Source: Planctomycetales bacterium
Lineage (GTDB): Bacteria; Planctomycetota; Planctomycetia; Pirellulales; JAEUIK01
Direction of reading: 5' to 3'
NCBI GenBank assembly: GCA_020426575.1
Contig: JAGQPT010000011.1
Location: 1 to 57,804 of the forward strand
Length of the DNA stretch: 57,804 nt
Positions within the stretch are counted from its first letter, which is position 1. Each line of letters starts with the position of its first letter. Under the pieces are notes generated by a model. The model searched no databases. It was not told the origin of the DNA and was given only the letters and a program-made list of their open reading frames with translations. Of the stretch, positions 28,934 to 38,178 are shown piece by piece. Position numbers and translations under genes: made by a program.

Positions 28934-31378
28934 ATGGACGTCGCCGGGTTTGATGCCGCCGGATCGTTTGATGCCGCCGGATTCATCGATCGCCTCAAAC
29001 AACGCCCCGACTACGGTGGACAGATCAGCCACGTGCGGGTCATCGAACCGCGCGCCGGCCAATACGCCGAACCCTCGAGACCGCTGCCCGACGGACTCGC
29101 CAGGCTGCTGGCGCAGCGCGGCATCAACCAGCTCTACTCGCACCAGGTCGATGTGCTCGAGCGGGCCCGCCAGGGTCGCGACGTCGCCGTGGTCAGCGGC
29201 ACGGCCAGCGGCAAGACGCTCTGCTACAACCTGCCGGTCCTGGAGACGTGCCTCGCCGAACCCAACGCCCGCGCCCTCTATCTCTACCCAACCAAGGCGC
29301 TCGCCCAGGACCAGCTCAAGGGCCTGATGGAACTCATCGGTGACGACGCCGATCTGACCGTCGCGCTGCGGCCCGGTGTGTACGACGGCGACACGCCGAC
29401 CGCCGAGCGCCGCCGCATCCGTGGCGAAGCGAACCTCGTGCTTTCGAATCCCGACATGCTGCACACCGGCATCCTGCCGCACCATCCCAAGTGGGGCGAC
29501 TTCTTCACCGACCTGAAGTACGTCATCCTCGACGAGGTGCACAATTACCGCGGCATCCTGGGCGCCAACATCGCCGCCGTCATCCGCCGCGTGATGCGCG
29601 TCTGCGCGCACTACGGCAACGAGCCGCAGTTCCTCGCCGCCAGCGCCACGATCGCCAATCCGGCCGAGTTGCTCGGCCGACTCGTGGGTCGCGACGTCGA
29701 CGTCGTCGAGTGCGACGGTGCGCCGCGTGGCCGCAAGTATTTCGTGCTCTGGAACCCGTCGCCGCTGGGCGACAGTCGGTTGGCCCGTCGCAACGCCAGC
29801 GAAGACGCGGCCGAGTTGATGGTCGAAGCGCTGCAGGCAGGCGGCCAGACGCTCGCCTTCACCCGCACCCGTCAACAGACCGAGCTGATCTACCGCGATG
29901 CCCGTGAGCGGCTCGAAGCCGAACACTCGCCGTTGGCGCGACAGATCCGCGCCTATCGGGGCGGCTATCTGCCCCAGGAGCGGCGCGCCATGGAACGCGA
30001 CCTCTTCAGCGGCAAGCTCCGCGGCGTGGCGGCCACGAACGCGCTGGAGCTCGGCATCGACGTCGGTTCGCTCGACGTCACCCTGCTTGTCGGCTATCCC
30101 GGCACGATCGCCAGCACCTGGCAACAGGCCGGCCGCAGCGGGCGCCGCCAGGGCGAGAGCCTCGCCATGCTGCTGGCCGGCAACGACGCGATCGACCAAT
30201 ACCTGATGCGGCATCCCGACTACTTCTTTGCCCAACTCCCCGAACACGCCGTCGTCGACCCCGAAAACCCCTACGTACTCACCAACCATCTGCAGGCGGC
30301 CGCCTTCGAGATCCCGCTCGACGAAAACGACGTGGTCCGCTTCGGCCCGATGGCCGCCCCGATCGCCGAGAGCCTGGCCGACGAGGGCGTGCTCACGGAG
30401 CTCGACGGCAAGTATTACTTCGCCGGCGGCCAGAATCCCGCGATCGGCGTCTCGCTGCGCCACATGAGCGACAACACGTTCAGCATCGTCGAGCGCGGCG
30501 AGCCCAAGGCGTCGCGCCGTCATACGCCGACCGGCGTGGGCCTGAAAACACCACCGGGCCTCAAGACGCACGAAGTGATCGCCAACGTCGACGCGATCAG
30601 CGCTCCCGAGTTGGTCTATCCCGAGGCCGTTTACCTGCACGACGGCCAGTCGTACCTGGTGCGCGAGCTCGACCTCGACGGCAAGGTGGCCTACGTCGAA
30701 CGCCGTGAGACCGACTATTTCACGCAGGCCGTGCTCGAAAGCAACGTCCGCGTGAAGCAGCAGCGTCAACAGTCGGCGGCCCTGCCCGTGGCGAGCGTGG
30801 CCTTCGGCGACGCCGACGTGAGTTGGCAAACCGTGGCGTTCAAAAAGATCAAGTTCGCCACGAAGGAAAACATCGGCATGGGGCCGGTCGATATCCCCGA
30901 ACAGACGCTCAGCACGACCGCTCTCTGGCTTGTGCCGGGCGACGCTGTCCGCGGCGCGCTCAAATCACAAGGACGTCGCACCAGCGAGGCGCTGGTCGGT
31001 CTGCGCAACCTCGCCCTGGTGGCCATGCCGATCGTGGCGATGTGCGATCCCCGCGATCTCGGCGGCGTCGTCGACAGCAAGAACTTCGGCACCAGTTCGT
31101 TGATTCTGTATGACCGCTATCCCGGCGGCCTCGGCTATTGCGAAAAGGGCATGCACCAGATCAACGCCGTGCTGCAGATTTGCGCCGAAATGATTCGCGA
31201 ATGCCAGTGCGACGACGGCTGCCCCAGTTGCGTCGGCATGCCCAACCTGCGGCCGGCCATCCACAGCGAACCCGACCTCACCCGCGGCTTCCCGATGCCG
31301 AACAAACAGGCAACCCTCGCGCTGCTCGACATCCTCTGCCCGGCCGAACTCGCCACAACGACGCTCGGCGCGGAATAA
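28934..31378 (+). CDS. DEAD/DEAH-box helicase with C-terminal DUF1998 zinc-ribbon domain (MrfA/YprA-like)
   Basis: Walker A is VSGTASGKTL and motif II is ILDEVHNY. Helicase C motifs are present (TNALELGIDVGSLD, QQAGRSGRR). The C-terminus has CQCDDGCPSCVGMPN. GGAGGA precedes the ATG. Confidence 0.9.
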   Translation: MDVAGFDAAGSFDAAGFIDRLKQRPDYGGQISHVRVIEPRAGQYAEPSRPLPDGLARLLAQRGINQLYSHQVDVLERARQGRDVAVVSGTASGKTLCYNLPVLETCLAEPNARALYLYPTKALAQDQLKGLMELIGDDADLTVALRPGVYDGDTPTAERRRIRGEANLVLSNPDMLHTGILPHHPKWGDFFTDLKYVILDEVHNYRGILGANIAAVIRRVMRVCAHYGNEPQFLAASATIANPAELLGRLVGRDVDVVECDGAPRGRKYFVLWNPSPLGDSRLARRNASEDAAELMVEALQAGGQTLAFTRTRQQTELIYRDARERLEAEHSPLARQIRAYRGGYLPQERRAMERDLFSGKLRGVAATNALELGIDVGSLDVTLLVGYPGTIASTWQQAGRSGRRQGESLAMLLAGNDAIDQYLMRHPDYFFAQLPEHAVVDPENPYVLTNHLQAAAFEIPLDENDVVRFGPMAAPIAESLADEGVLTELDGKYYFAGGQNPAIGVSLRHMSDNTFSIVERGEPKASRRHTPTGVGLKTPPGLKTHEVIANVDAISAPELVYPEAVYLHDGQSYLVRELDLDGKVAYVERRETDYFTQAVLESNVRVKQQRQQSAALPVASVAFGDADVSWQTVAFKKIKFATKENIGMGPVDIPEQTLSTTALWLVPGDAVRGALKSQGRRTSEALVGLRNLALVAMPIVAMCDPRDLGGVVDSKNFGTSSLILYDRYPGGLGYCEKGMHQINAVLQICAEMIRECQCDDGCPSCVGMPNLRPAIHSEPDLTRGFPMPNKQATLALLDILCPAELATTTLGAE

Positions 31379-31387
31379 ACTCGGCCC

Positions 31388-31405
31388 CCAGCAACGAATT
31401 GCTGG
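31388..31405. terminator. weak hairpin between convergent genes
   Basis: CCAGCAA-cgaa-TTGCTGG, with no U-tract on either strand. Confidence 0.25.
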
Positions 31406-31414
31406 TAGCGCGGC

Positions 31415-33775
31415 CTATTCCTGCGGCGGGCCGATGTAGCCGTGGTAGCGCCCCATCCAGTACGGCAAAAGCCAGAACGCCGGCGAGTGTTCGGTGCTGC
31501 CGCCGTTGCCGCCGCTGGCCTGGAACGGGTTGCTGTCCCACTTGGCAAAGGCCCGCTCGCTGGGTGGCAACAGGCGGTCCGTCTGAATGTCTTCGATCAC
31601 CGGGTAACGCACCAGCCGTACGTCTTCGCGCTGCGTGTTGTCGACCGTCCAGCGCACTAGGTCCAGCGGCACGTCACGCAGGAACTCGACGCAAGGCGCG
31701 GCGGCGATGTCACTGCCGGTGAGCGAGGCGAACACAAAGTCGTAGAAGGGACTGTGTACGTTCGGAATCGTACCGTGCCAATAGTCGATGCTCTCGCGGT
31801 AACGTTGCCGACGCCGTGGGTCCGACTCGTAACCCAACAGGCCGGGATAGGAAAACGAAAGCAGGTCGTCGTCAATGAACGTGTAGTCAGCCGGCGAGCT
31901 TGGCCGCGGCACGAGCACGTTCTCGCCGTAGCGGTGCGTGTCGTAAAGCTCGATCGCGGCGCGGCGATACTTCTCGTCGCCCGTCACATGGTGCGCCACG
32001 TTGAGATACGAGAGCATCTCGACCGAGTTGATGCCCTTCTCGGGGATCCAGTTGGGATCGCCGTTGAGCCGCTCCGGCGACCAGACGCCCCAGCGCGTCG
32101 CCTCGCCGTCAATGTCGCGGAGCACATAGCCACCTTCGATGAGCCCGTCGGTCACGCGGCGAACCAGCCGCCTCACGCGTTGTTGCTCCGCCTCGTCGTC
32201 GATCAGGTCGTAGTAGACGCCCCAGACGAAGTAGTGCCCGGAGGTCTCGTCGCTGCTCGTGTCTCCCTTCCAGAGCCAGTTGCCATCGGCGCTCTTCCGC
32301 CAGCGCACCGCCACGTACTTCGACCGCGGATCGCGCACGGCCATGAAGGCCAGCTCCTGCGGTGTGAACTCGCGGTTGCGGTCCGCCACGTCGGTCCAGT
32401 CGCTCGGCACCACCGTGCGGGCGATGAAACTCGGCGTGCCGGTCACGGTCTGGAGAAACTCCATCGCGCGAAAGGCGGCCATGGCATTTTGCTTGGCACG
32501 CGGGTCACCTGTCGCAGCGTAACGATACGCCTCGGCCGCGCAGTAATAGCCGGTGAAGCTGCCGTCGTTGTCGGTGTCCATCGGTTCAAACGTCGACAGG
32601 TCACCCGGCGTCGCCAGGCGGCACTGTTCGATCATGCCGGGAGGCCGTACGTGGCGCGAGCGCAACACCGTCTCGTAGTAGTCGGCCTTGTCGGCCAGCG
32701 TCATCGGCCGCGTGCGCAGCACGCTGAGGCCACCCAGCGTGGCGACGTACGCGCTGCCGTCGCTGCCGAAGGCGACGTCGCTGACACTGTCGTTGGGCAG
32801 CCAACGCAGACTGTGCCGAAACACCCAGTGACCGTCGTCGTAACGGGCCAGTCCTATGCCCGTGCCGACCCAAAGTCGTCCATCGGCGTCGAAGTCCAGT
32901 GACCTCACGTCGGTCGAAGGCAGTCCTTCGGCGCCGGTGATGGAGCGTTGCCGTTCGTTGCCGCGAAAGACGTCGATGCCGCCGCTCGAACCCACCCACA
33001 ACTGTCCGTCGTCGTCCAGCGCCAGGGCGCGAACGTCGGCGCTGAGCAGTTGGTCGGCGCGGTGCAGCCGGGTCGTCCGACCGGCCGTATGAATGAACAG
33101 GCCACGATCGGTGGCGATCCAGAGGTGCTCGTCGTCGAGCGCCAGATCGTTGATCTCGGTGACCCAATCGCCGTCGAGCCGTTGCCAGTTGCCGTCGACC
33201 CGCAACCAGGCACCGCGCGGTCCGGCGGCGAACACCCGCTCACCGTCGCGCGCCAGCGCGGCGACTGGTTCGTCGATTGCGTCGGTGTGTGTGAGTTTTC
33301 CGTCACGCAGCACGTAGAGGCCGTTCCAAGCGGCCACGAGCACGTCGCCGTTTGCGTCGACGAGCAGATCAAACACCGGACCGTCGATGGCCTCGCCGGC
33401 GGGTGGTTGCCAGTCGCTGCCGTCCCAGCGAAACACGCCTTCTGGTCGCGCGACCCAGGCGACGTCGCTGGCCGATGCTTTGCTGGTAATCGACGCGGCG
33501 TTTGTAGCGCCGTCCGTCGCAGCGAGGTCGTCGCCGTCATCGCTGACAACGACCACGGCCAGTGCCGCCTGATCGAAGCTGCGGCGACGGCCTCGTCCTC
33601 GACGTTCGCTGGCGCCCACCTGGGGTGCTGCCACGCAAAACGGTTCGCGATACTCCTGAGCAAACGGCGTGTCGCTCACGGCCTCCACCGCGACGGCAAC
33701 AGTCGGCTCCATCAACAGGGGAAGCGACAGGAGCAGACAGTGCGTTGGCAGTAGATGCCGGACTAGTCCGGTCAT
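31415..33775 (-). CDS. secreted protein with two-component-regulator-propeller (Reg_prop-like) repeats and a large uncharacterised C-terminal domain
   Basis: Trimmed to ATG 33775 (signal peptide MTGLVRHLLPTHCLLLSLPLLM...). The repeats DDGQLWVGSSGGIDVF, ADGRLWVGTGIGLARYDDGHW and GSDGSAYVATLGGLSVL are Reg_prop-like. I recognise no kinase or receiver motifs. Confidence 0.75.
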   Translation of the reverse strand: MTGLVRHLLPTHCLLLSLPLLMEPTVAVAVEAVSDTPFAQEYREPFCVAAPQVGASERRGRGRRRSFDQAALAVVVVSDDGDDLAATDGATNAASITSKASASDVAWVARPEGVFRWDGSDWQPPAGEAIDGPVFDLLVDANGDVLVAAWNGLYVLRDGKLTHTDAIDEPVAALARDGERVFAAGPRGAWLRVDGNWQRLDGDWVTEINDLALDDEHLWIATDRGLFIHTAGRTTRLHRADQLLSADVRALALDDDGQLWVGSSGGIDVFRGNERQRSITGAEGLPSTDVRSLDFDADGRLWVGTGIGLARYDDGHWVFRHSLRWLPNDSVSDVAFGSDGSAYVATLGGLSVLRTRPMTLADKADYYETVLRSRHVRPPGMIEQCRLATPGDLSTFEPMDTDNDGSFTGYYCAAEAYRYAATGDPRAKQNAMAAFRAMEFLQTVTGTPSFIARTVVPSDWTDVADRNREFTPQELAFMAVRDPRSKYVAVRWRKSADGNWLWKGDTSSDETSGHYFVWGVYYDLIDDEAEQQRVRRLVRRVTDGLIEGGYVLRDIDGEATRWGVWSPERLNGDPNWIPEKGINSVEMLSYLNVAHHVTGDEKYRRAAIELYDTHRYGENVLVPRPSSPADYTFIDDDLLSFSYPGLLGYESDPRRRQRYRESIDYWHGTIPNVHSPFYDFVFASLTGSDIAAAPCVEFLRDVPLDLVRWTVDNTQREDVRLVRYPVIEDIQTDRLLPPSERAFAKWDSNPFQASGGNGGSTEHSPAFWLLPYWMGRYHGYIGPPQE

Positions 33776-34179
33776 GCCGGTTCGCAGGCGTGTCGCATTT
33801 GCGATAGACAGAAAGACAGGGCCGGGTGAACTGTGTCGCTGGAGCATCGTCGAAGGGAGTCCTTGTGCTGTCGGGGGCCTTAAGACGTCGGGGGCCTTGT
33901 CCCGGGTGGCGGTTGTCAATCGTTACGGCCGTTGCGCACGACGCGGGGAAGCTGCCTTAGGCCGCGTGGCTGGGAACTGCTCATCATAACACCTGCGGGC
34001 GCGGACTGCCGGCTCGGCAATCGCGGCGTATCCTTGCGGTGGAGGCGCGTTCGTCGGCGACGCGCCAGTGCCGGTCGACTTGCCCACGGCAGAGTCGATC
34101 GGCGACGTTGCGGGGCAATCAGTGGTCACGCATTACGCCGCTTCCGGAAATCAATGTCAGGCAATCGTGGAGAGACTCG

Positions 34180-34368
34180 ATGGGGACGATACTGGTGATC
34201 GTCGTGATCGCCCTGGCAAACCTGGCCCTGGGTGCCGCCATGGCCATCGGCACGGGCGCGGCACCGCCGCTGCGTGAGATCATCGACGCCTGCATCTACG
34301 AGGCGGGAGGAGTGAACGATCCGTCGACCGCCGGTCAGCGCATCGACGACGAAGCGGCCGCGAGCTAA
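34180..34368 (+). CDS. small hypothetical membrane protein
   Basis: ATG 34180 follows GGAGAG. It encodes 62 aa with an N-terminal TM segment (MGTILVIVVIALANLALGAAMAIG). Confidence 0.35.
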   Translation: MGTILVIVVIALANLALGAAMAIGTGAAPPLREIIDACIYEAGGVNDPSTAGQRIDDEAAAS

Positions 34369-34484
34369 GCGAGCGGCGGCGCGGTCAACCGACGCGCTCT
34401 GGCGGTTGACACGCGCAGGTGGTGCGGATATCAAGCACCCGAGCCCGCCGCCCTTTGAGCCTCGATCACGTTTCGACGCCCGTT

Positions 34485-35120
34485 ATGATCGTCTACTGCA
34501 TCCGTCACGGTGAGAGCCTGTTCAACGCCGAGGGGCGGATACAAGGGCAGCTCGACACGCAGCTTTCGCCACACGGCATCCGGCAGAGCGCGACGCTGGC
34601 CGAGTACCTCGCCGCCGCGGCGCTCGACGCCATCGTCGCCAGCCCGCTCCAGCGGGCGATGATGACGGCCCAACCACTGGCGGCAGCGACGGGGCTGGCG
34701 ATTCACACCGATGACCGGCTGATGGAAATCAACGCCGGCGTGTTCCAGGGACTCTGCTGGAGGGAGATCGACGCCCGCTTTCCCGAAGAGATGCGGCGCT
34801 GGCGGTCACACGATCCCGACTTCGTGATTCCCGATGGTGAATCACGGCGCGAGTTGATGGAGCGTGGCCACGCGGCGTTGGCCGACGTCTGCCGGCTTGA
34901 TGCCCAGCGCGTGGCGGTCGTCGCCCACGGCGGCGTGCTCACGGCCGGTTTCAAGGGGTTGCTGGGTATCCCGGCTGACCGCAATCCGTTTGCGCTGGAG
35001 AACTGCTCGATCAGTCGACTCGAATGGCGCGACGGTCACCCGCAACTGCGCACCCTCAACGAGACGGCGCACCTGGCCGAGGTGAATCGCAATCACGCGG
35101 GCCATCGTGGCGACCTCTGA
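34485..35120 (+). CDS. histidine phosphatase (phosphoglycerate mutase) family protein
   Basis: Trimmed to ATG 34485. It has the catalytic RHG motif (MIVYCIRHGESLFNAEGRIQG) and the distal VVAHGGV. Confidence 0.88.
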   Translation: MIVYCIRHGESLFNAEGRIQGQLDTQLSPHGIRQSATLAEYLAAAALDAIVASPLQRAMMTAQPLAAATGLAIHTDDRLMEINAGVFQGLCWREIDARFPEEMRRWRSHDPDFVIPDGESRRELMERGHAALADVCRLDAQRVAVVAHGGVLTAGFKGLLGIPADRNPFALENCSISRLEWRDGHPQLRTLNETAHLAEVNRNHAGHRGDL

Positions 35121-35131
35121 GCGCCGCGCCG

Positions 35132-35593
35132 TCAGTCGATTTCGAGGATCACTTCGATCTCGGTCGAGATGTTGCCGGGCAGCGAGCCCATGCCGACGGC
35201 ACTGCGCGCGGCCACGCCGACCTCGGCGCCGAACACGTCTGCCATCAGTTCGCTGAAGCCGTTGATCACGGCCGGGTGGTTCTTGAAGTCGGGCGCGGCG
35301 TTGACCATGCCGAGTACTTTGACCACGCGTCGGACGCGATCAAGGGTTCCGAGTTCGGCTTTGAGCGTGGCCAGGATCGCAAGTCCAGTCTGCCGCGCCG
35401 CGTCGTAGCCGGCCTGTTGATCGACCTCGCTGCCGACCCGGCCCGTCATCATCGACCCGTCCGGATTGAGTGGTCCGTGGCCGGAGACGTAGGCCAGGTT
35501 GCCAGTGATCACCAAGGGCTTGTAGACACCAGCCGGCGCCGGCGCGGGAGGAAGTTCCAGGCCCAGTTCGGTCAAACGCGCTTCGGCACTCAT
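35132..35593 (-). CDS. RidA/YjgF family protein
   Basis: 153 aa. LELPPAPAPAGVYKPLVITGNLAYVSGHGP... and the C-terminal ...VGMGSLPGNISTEIEVILEID are typical of the family. Confidence 0.88.
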   Translation of the reverse strand: MSAEARLTELGLELPPAPAPAGVYKPLVITGNLAYVSGHGPLNPDGSMMTGRVGSEVDQQAGYDAARQTGLAILATLKAELGTLDRVRRVVKVLGMVNAAPDFKNHPAVINGFSELMADVFGAEVGVAARSAVGMGSLPGNISTEIEVILEID

Positions 35594-35733
35594 GATCGAT
35601 GACGACTCCGTAGGAATTGAACGTGCGAATCAGAAGAAGGTTGCGTCGGCGGGTACAACACAGCCGCCGCGCGACGTGCCCGGCGATTGTAGCCGCCCCG
35701 GCAAGCGTCGTCCATCACTGCGACGCTCATGGC

Positions 35734-35792
35734 GTTTCACGTGAAACAATCGATCCAATTGCCGCCGGCGCGCCGAATGTTTCACGTGAAAC
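35734..35792. promoter_or_regulatory. two identical perfect 14-bp palindromes GTTTCACGTGAAAC (35734..35747 and 35779..35792)
   Basis: Read directly from the sequence, centre-to-centre 45 bp, in the ridA upstream region. A weak TGGACG...TACAAT promoter candidate (-10 at 35686..35691, minus strand) lies downstream of them. Confidence 0.6.
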
Positions 35793-35805
35793 GTTGGCCC
35801 GCTTT

Positions 35806-35844
35806 GTTACTTGACAGGGTTGCTTGACGGCGTTGCTTGATAGG
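35806..35844. repeat. three tandem 13-nt units GTTRCTTGAYRGS
   Basis: GTTACTTGACAGG, GTTGCTTGACGGC and GTTGCTTGATAGG. A fourth partial copy (CCTTGACGGCG) lies at 35863..35873 inside the 3' end of the upstream CDS. Confidence 0.8.
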
Positions 35845-35851
35845 GCGGTGG

Positions 35852-36541
35852 TCAATGATTCGCCTTGACGGCGTCGGTCGCGACCGTATTGCCGCGCAGC
35901 GTGATCCGCTCGAAGTCGGCCGTGTCGTCGAACGAGCCGATGCCGATGCGCCCCGAGGTGAACGTCTTGTCCGTGGCGGTCATCACCGGTTCGTCCATGT
36001 CGTCGAAATAGACGGCGATGGCGCCGCTGTCGACGTCGCGCGTCACTCGCAGCGTGTGCCACTCGTCGTCCCAAGGAGTGCCGGGCGTGGTCTTCGTGGA
36101 GATCTTCACCCGCGGTGCGTCGTTGACGATGAAGATCTGATTGGCGTGGTCGTCGGTCTTCTTGCCGAAGTGGACGTAGTAGTAATTGCCCGGGTCCTGA
36201 TAGCCGAACAGCAGGCAGACGTCGCGATGGCCGTAGTCGCGCCCGGTGCTGCGGACGTGCGCGGTCAGTTCAAAGTCGCTGACTTCGACATCCGCGAGGA
36301 TCGAGATGTTGTACGGACTGCGGTGCGGCGGCTCGTGCTCGTTGCGATCGACGAGACGATAGAGGTGCTTGCCGTCGACCGTTTCGACTTTCCAGCCGTT
36401 CTTATCGGCCGGTTGCCAGCGCTCGGCACCGTCGCTGAACGTTTCTTCAAGAATGAGGGGGAGTTCGTCGGCCGCCGTGACGGCGCGCGAGACGAGGGCA
36501 AGTACGGCAAAAACAAAAAGCCACGTGCGGGGGGTGGTCAT
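35852..36541 (-). CDS. secreted ConA-like lectin/glucanase-fold protein (DUF1080-like)
   Basis: ATG 36541 gives the signal peptide MTTPRTWLFVFAVLALVSRAVTA. The body (...WKVETVDGKHLYRL..., YYYVHFGKK..., WHTLRVTRDVDSGAIAVYFDD..., GRIGIGSFDDTADFERITL) matches the DUF1080/LamG-like pattern. Confidence 0.7.
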   Translation of the reverse strand: MTTPRTWLFVFAVLALVSRAVTAADELPLILEETFSDGAERWQPADKNGWKVETVDGKHLYRLVDRNEHEPPHRSPYNISILADVEVSDFELTAHVRSTGRDYGHRDVCLLFGYQDPGNYYYVHFGKKTDDHANQIFIVNDAPRVKISTKTTPGTPWDDEWHTLRVTRDVDSGAIAVYFDDMDEPVMTATDKTFTSGRIGIGSFDDTADFERITLRGNTVATDAVKANH

Positions 36542-36694
36542 GGTGGGACTCGTCACGGTTATTTGTGTGGACAGGTGGAATCCGGGCGAATGTTTGGTTC
36601 CGTCGACGCGATTGGTCGAACGTAATTGTTGACTGTCGCCGGCGGCAAATCAACGCACGACGAGGCCACTTGTTCGACGCCAAGATCTGGCGGC

Positions 36695-37696
36695 TTACGG
36701 CGCCGAGGCTTCGCCGCGCAGATATTCGTCGAACCAGTCGGCAAAATGGCGGATGTCCCAGATCATTGTCAGCCAGCCGTGGCGGCCGCCGGGGTGTACG
36801 ACGACGGCGACTTCTTCGCCCTCGTCGGCGGCGCGGTCGCGGAACCACTCGGTCTGTTCCAACGGCGTGAGCGTGTCGGCGTCGCCGTGGTAGATCAACA
36901 CCGGCGGCATTTCGGGCGTGATGAAGTAGATCGGCGAACACGCGCGGCCGATCTCTTTCCACGTCTCCAGGTCCGCCGCGTCGGGACCGAAGGCCTGGCG
37001 AAAACTCTTGGGCGGGCCGCCGTCACCGAGGTTTTCGGTCGAATTGCCGAGGTTGAGCAGGTCGGTGACGGGGAAGAAGATGGCCACGGCCTCGACGGCG
37101 CTGCTCTCGCGGTCGACCGGGTCGGCGGCATCGGCCGGTCCGGGACCACCGCGGGTGGCCAGCATCAGACTGAGGTGCCCGCCGGCGCTGGCGCCGGTCA
37201 CGCCCAGGTGATCGGGATCGATGCCGTATTCGTCGGCGTGATGGCGCACGTAGCGCACTCCGCGGTTGACGTCCTCGATGATTTCCATCACCGATGCCTC
37301 GGGTTGGGAAACGTGGCAGATCGCAAAGATCGTGTAGCCGCGTCGCAGCAGCGGAGCGATCATCCAGACTGGCGCGGCGCCGGCACCACCCGACTTCCAA
37401 CTGCCGCTGACCATCAGGGCGATGCCGTAGCCGTTCGGATGGGCCGGTCGAATCACGTCGAGCGTGAGTGGGTGTTCGTGACGTTGTCCGTAGACGACGC
37501 CGTCGATGCGCTCGACCCCCGGGTGCAAATACCACCAGACGCCAGCGACAAGCAACAACACGGCCGTAACGACCGCCGCGCACGACGTGAGGATAATGCG
37601 CAGCCAGCGCGGCAGGTGTCGCCAAAGGCGACGTTTGGGCGGCGCATCGCCATCGGGCGATAGTTCGGGGGCTGGTTGTTCTGTGGACGTATTCAT
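36695..37696 (-). CDS. alpha/beta hydrolase (esterase/S9-like), N-terminal membrane anchor
   Basis: It has a TM segment (ILTSCAAVVTAVLLLVAGVWWY), the nucleophile elbow GASAGGHL and a distal YHGDADTL. Confidence 0.85.
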   Translation of the reverse strand: MNTSTEQPAPELSPDGDAPPKRRLWRHLPRWLRIILTSCAAVVTAVLLLVAGVWWYLHPGVERIDGVVYGQRHEHPLTLDVIRPAHPNGYGIALMVSGSWKSGGAGAAPVWMIAPLLRRGYTIFAICHVSQPEASVMEIIEDVNRGVRYVRHHADEYGIDPDHLGVTGASAGGHLSLMLATRGGPGPADAADPVDRESSAVEAVAIFFPVTDLLNLGNSTENLGDGGPPKSFRQAFGPDAADLETWKEIGRACSPIYFITPEMPPVLIYHGDADTLTPLEQTEWFRDRAADEGEEVAVVVHPGGRHGWLTMIWDIRHFADWFDEYLRGEASAP

Positions 37697-38178
37697 GGCG
37701 TTGTATTTTGTATGTTGCCCGATGCGTGACCCCTAGCTTCGGCTGGGGTGCCGGATTGAAGTTGCACGTCGAGCTATGTGAATCGAATTGGTCGCTGCAA
37801 AGACAGCGGCGGATCCCAGAGACGCGCCGTGCGCGCGACAGACGTCAGAGTTCATCGCCGCCAGAGTTCATCGCGCGTGACTGCTATCTGGGGATTCGCA
37901 CGCAATTCTTCATCGCGCCGCTCGGCTTTCCGTTGTTGGCGCTAACTGTCGTCATTCTAGCCTTCTCGACGGTGCGGGTCCAAACCGGCGAGAGGGGCAC
38001 CGAGCTGAGCCGGGACGATGAGACGAGAACGTTTCCCCCGCAATGGATTGCTGGGCTATTTTCGGCATAACAACGCGACGCTCGCCGACAGCTTCTGTGG
38101 CGTTGGGCCCCGCGAATCTCGTCTTTCCGCCGGACCGCGTTCTGGGATACGATACGGCCGTCATCTCAGCTAGCTGAC

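Noticed and set aside
28862-30829. A 655-aa ORF antisense to the helicase gene. Similar long antisense ORFs occur at 38317..40023, 19397..21082, 23411..24895, 50665..51951, 35837..36625, 15312..16100, 41481..42500, 53000..53976 and 54372..55499.
   Set aside because: Each lies opposite a gene with unmistakable conserved motifs. Their translations are Arg/Gly/His/Pro-rich with no motifs. Long stop-free antisense frames are expected in high-GC DNA.
28934-31378. Possible DISARM-type or other defence system, because of the DUF1998 domain.
   Set aside because: Helicase and DUF1998 are fused in one MrfA/YprA-like protein, which is a DNA-repair architecture. No PLD nuclease, methyltransferase or DrmA-like partner is adjacent, and the neighbours are unrelated convergent or divergent genes.
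37708-38070. A 120-aa + ORF in the spacer between the alpha/beta hydrolase and GT9 genes, with one hydrophobic segment.
   Set aside because: There is no RBS and no motif, and the first half is Arg-rich junk-like sequence. A small membrane protein from an internal start cannot be excluded, but I cannot support it.
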